A stretch of DNA of 34,471 bases. Source: Chiloscyllium plagiosum. Its lineage: Eukaryota. Of this stretch, positions 24,880 to 34,471 are shown piece by piece. The notes under the pieces were generated by a model. That model did no database searches. It saw only the letters and a list, made by a program, of their open reading frames with translations, and had not been told where the DNA came from. The stretch covers positions 16,033,891-16,068,361 of the forward strand of contig NC_057718.1 of assembly GCF_004010195.1 (NCBI RefSeq), in the 5' to 3' direction. A program made the position numbers and the translations under genes. How positions within the stretch are numbered: position 1 is the stretch's first letter; the number at the start of each line of letters is the position of its first letter.

Positions 24880-26380
24880 TCGTTACCTTTAAACCAGGGT
24901 CAATCCCTATTTTGATGTGAGGTGCAAGCCAGGAGCAGCACCAAGCCTACCTAAAAACGAGGTGAAGCTATAGCAAAGGGCATATGTGTTAAATATGGAA
25001 GCAGCATGTTACAGGAGGAGCTAAGCAATCCCAAATTCAATGGATTAGATCAAAGCTCTCATTACTATCATATCCAGTCTTAAATGGTGTTGAACAATTA
25101 ATTGGACTCTACGAACATCCCACCTTCAGTGATGAAAAAGCCGTGGAAGATATTGCAAAAGAGGTTGAAGGATTTTCAGCCATCTTCAGCTGAATGTCTA
25201 TATTCTAAGATCCATCATTGCTTCTGTCTGAGAACCCCAGCATCATTAATACATAAAATCAGATGGAGTGAATTCAATCTAAGAAAATGCTGAAGGAATT
25301 GGATACTACAAAGCTGCCTGTGCTGTTGAAGATCTGAGTGTCAGAACTAGTCATGCTGGTTCCAGAACTACTACATTATTGCCAACTGTTCATGATATGG
25401 AAAACTGCCCACTATGCCCACTATGCTCCATCCATTGAAGAAAAGCAGAACAAATCTGGTTTGACCAATTATTGTCCATTTGGTCAATGTTCAAGCAAGT
25501 GTAAGATGATGGAAGGTGTTCTCATTAGCACTATCGGGCAGTACTACACAATAAGCTGCTCACAAATACTGTGGGTGGTGCCGCATTAGAGCTTTGGCCC
25601 AAAAATGGGGAAGTTCGAGAGCTGAAGTGAATGCAATGTCAAGGCAGCATATGTCTTTGCATGACATCAAGGAACCCCTGCAAAGCTGAGGGCCCCATTG
25701 TAAAAATTGCCAATGGAGAGGGTGGAAGGGACATTCCATGGTTTGGAGACTTTCTAATCAACCTGTTCAAATATGTTATGACACACACTTGTAGGTGGAC
25801 TTTTCAGCTGTTTTATTAATGATCTTCCTTCCAACGTCATTGTGTTGACAGCTTCTGTGATTTGAAACTGTTTCTGCTTGCAAGCATTTGGATGTGACAA
25901 TGTCCGGCTTGGACTGATAAGTGGTACATAACATTCAAGCCACAAAAATGAAGTGCCATCTTAAAAGAGGATCTAATCATCTCCTTTTGACGTTGAAAAA
26001 CAGTCATAACTGAAACTCCTACCATCAATATCTTGAGAGTTGTCATTGACCAGAAAAAAAGTAATTGGCTAGACAGTTATAAATATGACTGCACAAACAG
26101 ATCAAATGGCTCGGAATTCTGTGGTGAGTGATTTTTAGCACTGTGTAACAGCCTTCATTATTCTTTTACAAGGCACAAGTCAGGAGTGCAATAGAATACT
26201 GTCCACTTAGACTTGGATATGTGCTTGACACTTTGTGGCAAAGCAGTCCATTTGGTCAGTACATGATGTGCCACTTTAAAGCATTACCACGTCCACTCCA
26301 GGTGCACAAACAGAAGTATGTCCTACCTGTAAGATGTACCACAACAATTCAAGATTCCTTTGTCACCTTTAAAACCTGTC
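24880..26380 (+). mobile_element. Old CR1-group LINE ORF2 remnant (divergent family)
   Basis: KQNKSGLTNYCPF..SKCKMMEGVL (ORF 25338..25589) resembles RT K..KS...NYRPISL..SK.ME; boundaries approximate. Confidence 0.6.
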
Positions 26381-26670
26381 ACTCCATGAAAGCTAATTGC
26401 CCTGCAACATTGCTCTGTTACTCTTCTCAGGATGCTGAAAAATAGCTAAGGATTTCAAGCGTTTTCAGTTTCCATTTTTTTGCTTTCCTGCTGAGTCTGG
26501 AAATGGTGATCAAATGTAAGATTCCTTTCCCTTTCATGCTTTCTACTCTCTGGTCTATGATCAGATATTTATCACTATTGGTCAGAGTTTATCTGTAGAT
26601 TTTCCTCTGTCTCACTAGTCTATATTATTCAATGCCTGTCACATATTTAACCTAATTGGTTTTGGTGAGC

Positions 26671-26784
26671 GGCTTATGCCTGAAATGTCAATTCTCCTCC
26701 TTGGATGCTGCCTGACCGGCTGTGCCTTTCCAGCACCACAATCATCAACTCTGATCTCCAGCATCTGCAGTACTCTCTTTCTCC
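26671..26784 (+). mobile_element. Short PLE-derived mini-element, truncated within the hammerhead core
   Basis: ggcttatgcctgaaatgtc..ttggatgctgcctgacc..ctctgatctccagcatctgcagt; same family as 24677-24807. Confidence 0.85.
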
Positions 26785-26819
26785 ATTGTATTTTGCCTTA
26801 GCCCTGGCAAGGTACAGTG

Positions 26820-26990
26820 TTCTGGATGTAAGTTCGCTTGCTGAGCTGGAAGGTTCATTTCCAGACATTCCATCACCCTACTAGGTAACATCTTCAGGGG
26901 ACCTCTGGGTGAAGCACTGTTCCTGATTCCTGCTTTTCTATTTATGTTTGGGTTTCTTTGTGTTGGTCCTGTCATTTCCTGTGGTGATAT
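26820..26990 (-). mobile_element. Penelope-like terminal repeat (same family as ~20500-20660)
   Basis: Minus strand ctgaagatgttacctagtagggtgatggaatgtctggaaatgaacc; GAAA box mutated to GGAA. Confidence 0.85.
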
Positions 26991-28011
26991 TCTCAAAACT
27001 CGCTAGGTACGATGTGCTTGAGTTCAGTACTGTCAGCCTCACTTCACCCTTCCCAGATCCCCCTGAGTATGTTTATGAAGTGCTTTTAGTTTTTGGTTAG
27101 GTGGGAAGTTATAAGGAACCTGGCAGCAAGTCTGTCAATGCTGGCCTGAATTTTAAGTACAGCCTGGTGAATGAATTCCTGTTTCAATAAAGTATCTTTT
27201 CATAGATGGCTGCTGGCTTCAGATCTGTCCTCCTTGTCAAATACTGTGGTCTAGACAGTTGTTCGACCCTACCATACCCTTTTAGTTAGAGGGGTGTCTG
27301 GTGCCTGTGGGAGTATGCTAATTAGCATTCAAATCATGAATAGCCACTGGGAATACTTTAAAACTTAAGCAATACCTTGGGATGAAATCAAGCAAAAGAT
27401 TGTTGAAAATAAATGTTCATAAAATTGGCAGTTTCCAGAAACAGTCTATGTAATTAGTGAAAAAAGCACCAGTATTCTGATACAAATCGTGGCACTAACT
27501 GTCAAAACCAAACAGTGTTTTGGACCATTGCTTGGTTTCTTTTCCTTTGAGGCTACATTGACAAAAATGGATCATAGATACATGTATAATACACAGGAAC
27601 AGAACTGTTAGCATTTCAAAACCGGTATTTTCTATCTAAAGAAAATTTTAAAGATGCTTACAAATTATTGTACTTATAGAAAAGTTTTAAAAATTAGTAT
27701 CCAGTGTTTAATTTTAGCTACATATTCGGCATTTGTATATTGACGCACAATCAGTGTAGCTTTCAACAAAACAACAAGGTTGTCATTACTTTCACTTTTT
27801 CTCTTTAAACTGCAAGAGTTAATGATTTAGCTTTGGTTGTATTAGATTATGTCACCATAAAAGGACACAAATCAAGACCTGTCAATGAAAAGAGTGTGGA
27901 AATATTACCACTAATCAGCTGTGTGGGTGGAAAATGAGAAGCAAAGTAGCTCACGAAAGTGTTAATTCTCTTCAGCCACACTCCACAGATATCATTTGAC
28001 ATATTAAACCC

Positions 28012-28140
28012 AAGACAATACCTTCAGTACTGTAGCCTCCCTGAGTACTGCATAGCAGTGTCAGTTATGATTTTTATGTTCAGTCTCTGGAGTGAACCAT
28101 GAACCTTCTGACTCAAGTAAAAGCTTTCGCAACTAAGATG
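28012..28140 (-). mobile_element. Old tRNA-derived SINE head (SacSINE1/DeuSINE-like)
   Basis: Minus strand tgagtcagaaggttcatggttcactccagagactga..ctgacactgc..cagtactcagggag resembles the shark SINE 5' region as recalled. Confidence 0.6.
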
Positions 28141-28651
28141 TGACTGATTATGGGGTCCTTGTGTTTAAGCTTCATTGAAGATTTGAGGAGGTTTGGCTTA
28201 TAGTTAGTGCAACGTGTAAGTCCTCATGTGGACTCATCTTTGCACTCCTACAGCAAGCATCCAGTAACGGATATAGCTCCACTGTCTGTGGAATGTTGAA
28301 GGCCATTAAAAGTCAACCCAGAAATATCTGGAGATGACCCCAAAGATGGAGTGATGTCTAACTGTCATCTTTCCAGAACCACCTTCAACCAACCTAGTGA
28401 CGACTTTTGGACTGGTAGGAAAATTGTGAGGCGGACCTTGACATCTGGGCATCCGGTGGTCTGTATAAAGTTTTCTAAGGGCTGTTCCCACCTAGCGAAT
28501 GTGCAGGTATTCAGCAGAAAGAAAATATGCCACTGTGCCAGCATTTGCAAACAGCCTTATTACGGAGAGGGTGGCGAGTCTTTCCTCTGGTTTGATGCTT
28601 GAGGATATTATTGGAATAAAAACAATAGTCTCCATTTGAATCCTTTGCTGG

Positions 28652-28967
28652 TGTCAAGTTCTTTTTCCTGAGGTTCTTGTGTACTAGATGCAACTGCAAC
28701 ATGCCAGCTTCTGTGAATAACAACCAAACTTTATTAAGCACAGTACAGTACAAACTTTCTGGAGGAACCTTTAACACACCTCGCAGGCCTTACAGGGTCG
28801 TGGCAGAAGCTCTCTCCGAACAAAGGAAACAGTCCTTACTTTATACAAATTCTTTATTTCACAATTAGAAATGCCTGTAAGACAACTACCAGCTATTCTC
28901 CCACAATCACATGACATTCAAGATGCAATGCAGTGATGACTTCACCTCCAGAAACCGTGTAATGCCA
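28652..28967 (-). mobile_element. Putative 3' LTR of the ERV
   Basis: Purine-rich aaagggatga (PPT-like, ~28969-28978) precedes TG. TATAAA at 28840-28845, AATAAA at 28730-28735, ends ..cttgaCA at 28652. The 5' LTR is not in the window to confirm the ends. Confidence 0.65.
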
Positions 28968-29265
28968 ATCATCCCTTTAATGGTCAAATCTGTTGCAAAT
29001 AGTTTTTTGTAAATATAGGGGAGTAGTCAAATTCCAACTGTAATGTTCTTATGATCTCTGAATAGGGGATGAAAATGTAAATGACTTTTGAATAACTAGG
29101 ACATGGCCATACGAATACCAAGAGATGGGAGTGTGATTTCCTTACAATCTTCCTGCAAATCAGAGGCGTCCCACCCTAGCCTCAGGACATTAAATTTCCT
29201 AAAGGTCAGCAGAGCAAATAGCTCTTTAATATCTCGTTCCTTCCTTATCATTCCATGATAGCCAC

Positions 29266-30474
29266 CTAGATAGGGGATGAGAAAGGCGCTACCAATTTAT
29301 TCATAAGAATCTTACAGCCAGTACTTAAGTTATTGACACAACATACAATGATTATAACAACAAAAATAAGTAGCCCATGCAGTAGATCCCCAGGACCCTC
29401 CCAGTAGCCATCCCAGTCAACCATTTCTGTTTGTAGGGCCATATCTAAAATTTATTTTATTGGTTCTGAATAGACTGGCATTGGTTATGTTGTATGACTC
29501 GTCTGTAACCTGGGGGATGCATTTGTCCCTCACTATTGTATACATCTCTTTGCCCACCATCTCCCCCCCCCCCCCCCCCCCCCCACCTCGCTGGGCCCAT
29601 AGTCTACCGCATATCTGGTCTGTTGTCTGTAGAGCCTTAACTCCACCAATTCCTGATTTAACTGTCTCCAGTCCCCTCACTACTGTTTCTCATGCTGGTT
29701 AACCCACAAATGAGGTAATTTTGGTTCTTTGCTATCATCATTCCCATTGACCCTCTGAGGTACAGTGCCCCCAGGAACCGGTAGCCAAGAGAAGAGCCTA
29801 GGGTGACTGGGTCCTTCCAATCCGCACAAAACTCCAGATTAATAGCTCTGGTTACTATCCTGTGGTGGGTAGGTGCCTTCTGTGGTAGTGGGACAGTGAG
29901 GAGTTCTACTGTTCCTACAGTGAACAGGATGGGGAGAGTCAGGGTGGTCATAGTAAAGGTCCTGTTGAGAAGGAACGCAAACCCTTTTTTTGACCCGGTA
30001 GCATTTCATCGCTGCGTTATTGGCGGTTGTGAACTGTTTATATCTCCAGTTTCTCTCCTGACTGGAGTCTTCTCCTGATCCGATCAGTTGGTAATCATAA
30101 AAAGGATATGACCAAAAGGCCAAGCTCACATGGTTTCCGTTGCAATGCCCACGAATGAACTGCCTTTCTGCAGTAACATTTAAGCACATTTCCTCATCCT
30201 GTCTGCAGGTGAACATTCCGTTCATCACCTAGCAATGCCTGCAAGTGCATTGGTTTTGGGCATGAGGTATTTGTGGGAACCAAAGTGTAGGCACAGCCCA
30301 GGAATAGCTACAAATAATGCCTCTACTGACTGGGCAAGTGGGTAACACAATTTGATTACCATTCAAAAGTAGATCAGTCTTAAAACATTTATTCTCTAGG
30401 CCTAATACTGTGATGGTGGCCATGATACCAGAGATTGCAGATGTAGTCTTTAGGCCATCTGAGGGGCCCATCAT
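29266..30474 (-). pseudogene. env: ERV envelope glycoprotein, filovirus-GP-like, with stops and frameshifts
   Basis: Hydrophobic N-terminus, Cys-rich SU, RIVTR/AINLEFC junction, Cys-flanked fusion loop, ICGL heptad, ISD-like RYAVDY..AQRGG, (C>Y)X6C, NIT, W-rich region, anchor LLIFVVIIIVCC. Confidence 0.88.
29563..29584. repeat. Poly-C tract (22 nt) within env
   Basis: Direct observation. Confidence 0.95.
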
Positions 30475-33400
30475 TTACAGTCATTCAGGTGGAGTCAGCA
30501 ACTCTGTCCTTGGACGTTGACTGCTGTTGGCCTCTGCAGGAGCACCTGGATGGTTCCTTTCCACCTGTATCCGAGCTTGGGGCAATCCTAGTCTTTGATT
30601 AGCACGAGTACTCCTGTTTGTAGTCTGGGGGGCTCACTCTGATCACCTGAATCTTGATCCATCAGTGTTCCAAAAGGGTACTTTATCTGTGAGTGGAGAA
30701 ACTTTAGGGATACGTTAGCTGCTGAAAGTATCTCTGCATTTCCTGTCCCAGAATATTTAAGTCTACATGGGTGGGTGTGCCTGCATTTGCATCCCAAGGG
30801 GTACTACTGGGTCAGCCATAAATTATTTCAGCTGCCGATAGGCCAGTGGTAGAGTGTGGGGTAATCCTCATGTGATACAGGGCTAAAGGCAAGACCTTCA
30901 ATCAATTGAGGCCTGTTTCAGACATTAACTTAGTTTGGTTTCAAGAGTCCCATTCACTCTTTTCACTATTCCTGCCGCCTGAGGGTGGTCAGTGCAATGG
31001 AATTGCTGCTGGATTTGCAGCACCTCACATAGCTTGTTGATTTTTCCCTACAAAGTGGGGGCCATTGTCTGAACTAAGTTGCTGAGGCACTCCAAACCTC
31101 TGTATGATCTCTGTCAGGAGTAATTTTACCACTGTTGAGGCTTTATTCGTGGTCAGAAAGGCTTTGATCCATCTACTAAATCTGTCAATAATAACAAGAC
31201 AATGCTTACAACCACGTACGTGTGGCAGTTCAATGAAATCAAGCTGGATACATTCGAATGAACCACCTGGCAAGGGTGTTCTCCTCCCTGTTACGCACCG
31301 CAAATCTTGACTGGCATTGTTTTGCTGACATGCTAAACATGATCTGACACGTTTTTGGGCTTGCTCAGCCAGTTGGGGGTGCCACCAGGTAAGCAATATG
31401 ATATTACTCATTTCCTCCTTGCCAGGGTAGGTATCAGTATGAAGAAGTCAATCAGCATTGGTAATAAAACATTAGATATGCATACTTGGCCAGCTGGGGT
31501 GATCCAGAGGCCTTTTGATGCAGAGTGCGTCTTCCATATTTGTTTTTCTGGGTCAGGTGCATCCCCTTGCAAACTATGTGCGGTGACAATGTCTGATATA
31601 TCTGTTGGTTTTGAGGCAGGTAATCAATTTAGTACCTGCCGGTTCCTAGAGGTCACAATAGAACTGCGGGTTGTTGCTGCATTTCTGGCAGCTCTATCAG
31701 CTTTGGCATTGCCATTGCTGATGTCCGTATTGTCCGTTACATGAGCAGCACATTTGATTGTTGCTAATTGCTTGGGGAGAAGGATAGATTTGAGGAGATT
31801 TTGGACATATACGGAGGAACCTTGATATAGCCAAACGAGATGGGCGGGCACTATTTTGTTCAGATAATTGGTTATTTGGTTAATCGGTTCAATGCCTCTC
31901 CTCTGGGACTCCAGTTTTCTGAAGTTTTTTATTTTCTTCCTCGCTCTGCCTGCCTTGCTCCCTCTGTCTCAGGGTTTGTTTCTGAGCAAATACACACACT
32001 TTTGTGTGTAAGGGACCTGCAGCATTGCTGAAGGCCCCCCCCCCCCCCTCTCTCTTTCTCTCTTCCTCCCCCCCCCCAAAAATCAGTTCAGTGGGATTGA
32101 CAGTGAGCACTTAGTCCGCTCACATGTCGGGAGACTAGGCAGCAGCACACTGTACTAGACCCCGCTCCCACCTCCGCCCCCAACCCTGTCCAACCCCGCC
32201 CCGTCTGCTCCACCCTGTCCCCTGTCTGACCCGACTTCTCCAGCCCCAGCCACACCCCCACCCCAACCCACCATCCTCACCCTCTCTGGGGCAGCCGGAC
32301 TGGGCACCAACAGTAAGACTGCTGCTTTTTTTTTGGGGGGGAGGGGGTGTCTCCAAAATAGCATGCACACAGAACTTTTTACTGCAACTTTTTGTCAAGT
32401 TTCATCTTTGTCCTGTGCAGGACAATGTTGGAGAGATTATCTGGGTAAGGGGGGTTAGTGTACACCCCTTTGTGGGGAGAGAGAAGGTGGGTAGTCAGTC
32501 ATTTGGAGACTGCCTGGGCTCCTATCGATGTCCAGGACTGTTCTCTGCAGCATTCCAGTAAGCTAAGTTTGTTTTTAATTATTGTAAACAAAAGATGCGA
32601 TTAGTTTTGCAAACAACTCTGATGCAATGTTTCCATCGGGACTTTGAGATTGCCTTCGGATAATCTAAAATTCGGATAATTGATGTTCCTCTGTAGTGAG
32701 TTCTGAAGAGGCCTCCCTGAGGAGGTCAGAAATCAGTGTTGTGACCGAGAGTCCATGTATAGATTTACCAAATTTTTTTTTGTTTTTTTTTATTTGTTTT
32801 TCCCCCTGTAGTCAGGATACAAGCCTGCTTTCTGAGCAGATACCAGGGGATTGAAGGAGACAGATTGCAAGGTATCTGTGTGGTTCATAACTGCATATCC
32901 TAAAGGGGAGTTCCTAAGGTGATACTGAAGAGCTACCATCCACAAAGAGGGTAAAATCAAGTGTGTAATGGGGCATCTTCAAGGTCTGGTCGAGGAGAGG
33001 TTAAGAAGTGGTTGCCCAAAATTCAATCATGAGATTCTGAGAGCTTCTCTGGAGAGGTACTCTAGTTGCCGGGTTCACAATTGAGCAGCAGGGAGAAGGT
33101 CAGAAGGGGGAGTTAGAAATGGACTACTTCGTAATGGCTAAGTCGAGTTTTTGTAAAGTGTTAGGTATGATGGGGAAATTAGGGCTACAATGGCATATGA
33201 CAAGTAGATAGTCGGGGCTTTTTGGAGAGTAATATTAGAAGCGGACGTTATAAGGGAGTAGATAGCTGGGAGAATTTGTGAGTAGGGTGGGAGGTCCGTT
33301 GTGACAGGGTCAGAGCTCGTTGAGCAATAGGCCACTGGTCTCTTGCGATCCCTGTGGATTTGGGTTAAAACAGCAGTTCTCTAGGATACTGGCATACAAG

Positions 33401-33538
33401 TGGGACGGCCTGTCATACAAATGGCCTTCCGAGTGCTGGGGCACTGGCAAGGGCTGTTTTTTAATTCAGTCAAAGCTGACCTTTGTTCTTTATAGGGTGA
33501 AGGTGTTTTAAGCCTTGCTTGAGGCCAAAGGAGTTAAG
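30475..33538 (-). pseudogene. pol: ERV pol: RT connection, RNase H, integrase
   Basis: LKTALASAPALG, VLTQ..RPVAY, FTLFVDGSS, LYMDSR, IKCAAH..GNAKADRAA, WWHP..CLACQQ, IQLDFIELP, IIDRFSRW, FGVP..LSSDNGPHF, RITPHSTTGLS, RWKG..VLL..PTAV. Confidence 0.92.
31812..32693. mobile_element. Non-autonomous Tigger/pogo-like (Tc1-mariner) DNA transposon
   Basis: TA at 31810-31811 and 32694-32695. Imperfect TIRs cggaggaaccttgatatagccaa / cagaggaacatcaattatccgaa. Subterminal ttcggataat repeats; no transposase ORF. Confidence 0.85.
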
Positions 33539-34471
33539 TTTTTTTAATAGATATTTTTATTAGAAATTTAACATTTTCACAAGTTTACAAAAATAAACAA
33601 AACTCTCAGATATAAACATTGATATACAATTAGCTCAAATATACAATAGCCAAAATTTGACACAAAAAAACAAAACAACAAAAAAAAACCGAAAAGAAAA
33701 AAAAACAAAACTCAACTATCTACTAATCTAACCGACAACTAGGGTGTATATTTAAGTCTCTTACATGCTCGGGATGTGTTAGCATCAGATATAATAAAAC
33801 CCGTATTCGTGCGGGATTCCTCCCCCGAGGGGCCGCGGACCAGCCAGGTTTGTAATCTCAATTAAATAAAAGCCCTTGTTAGGATAGCCGAAATATCTGT
33901 ATTTATGTAATTCAAAAAGAGCTGCCATATTTTATAAAATAATTCGGTCTTGCAGTACAGCATATTTGTAAGGAAGTCAAGGGGAATACATTCCATAATT
34001 AATCTGTGCCAATTTGAAAGTCCAGGGGGGCCCTCCGCCGCCCAGTTCACCAAAATATTTTTCCTTGCACAGAAAGAAAGAATAGAAAATAGTCTCTTCC
34101 CGTACGTGTCCAGGGAGGGAAAGTTCGAAAAGCCCAAGAGGAGAGATACGGGGTCCACTTTAATTTCCGTTCCTAAAATTACTGTCAGGGTACTTGTTAC
34201 TTTAGTCCAATATCTACGGATCTTATGACAGGCACATAGGCAATGTACAAGAGTGCCCACCTCTATTTTGCATTTAGGACACATTAGAGATGCTCCTGCC
34301 TTAAACTTTGCCAATCAAACCGGTGCTATATGGGCCCTATGAAGTATCTTCAGCTGGATAGCCTGGGTTCTGTTACAAATAGTAATTCTTCTAGCATTTT
34401 CCCAGATATCATTCCACGTTTCTGTGGAGATTTCTAGTCCCAGATCCTGAACCCATGTTTTAAGCAGATTA
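33539..34471 (-). mobile_element. L1 3' end (ORF2 CCHC region, 3' UTR, polyA) inserted into ERV pol
   Basis: ORF 33862..34314 has CPKC..GTLVHCLCAC and ends LTRAFI like the L1 at 13329; AATAAA and short A tail at ~33539-33560. Confidence 0.92.

Larger units (their letters stand above)
28652..33538 (-). mobile_element. Endogenous retrovirus (class I-like pol, env, 3' LTR), decayed; 5' part lies beyond the L1 insertion
   Basis: Colinear RT connection, RNase H, integrase, env, PPT and LTR on the minus strand. Confidence 0.93.

Noticed and set aside
26400..26480. Further possible hammerhead mini-element remnants (also ~27950-27995)
   Set aside because: Similarity too degraded to support by eye.
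28150..28650. Cluster of short overlapping ORFs next to the LTR
   Set aside because: No recognisable motifs or clear splice signals; left unassigned.
29266..30474. Endogenous filovirus GP insertion (non-retroviral EVE) or intact co-opted env
   Set aside because: The gene lies in canonical env position between integrase and PPT/LTR, and has several stops and frameshifts.
1..34471. CRISPR arrays, operons or prokaryotic defence systems
   Set aside because: No regularly spaced repeat-spacer array or gene-dense organisation; the content is vertebrate repeat DNA.

Overview
Eukaryotic, almost entirely transposon-derived DNA from a cartilaginous fish, most likely a shark (HE1/V-SINE plus HER1-type CR1 LINEs). 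No host gene could be confidently identified. The window holds many CR1/L2 LINE fragments on both strands and two tRNA-derived SINEs. It also holds a solo LTR, plus a second LTR of that family split by a full-length but decayed L1 (13003-18735, 8-bp TSD), and a Penelope-like element (PLE) end with a GIY-YIG domain and hammerhead-like motif. Five short hammerhead-like mini-elements are scattered through it, one forming an 85-bp near-perfect palindrome. At the right end is a decayed endogenous retrovirus on the minus strand (pol RT-connection/RNase H/integrase, env, 3' LTR), interrupted by a Tigger-like DNA transposon and a second L1. The most striking observation is that the reconstructed Env aligns in register with filovirus GP2 (Cys-flanked internal fusion loop, LICGL, ELR, both glycan sequons). 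It also carries GP1-like motifs in a compact SU while sitting behind a class I (gamma/epsilon-like) pol. All homology calls are by eye and from recalled sequences; no searches were run.
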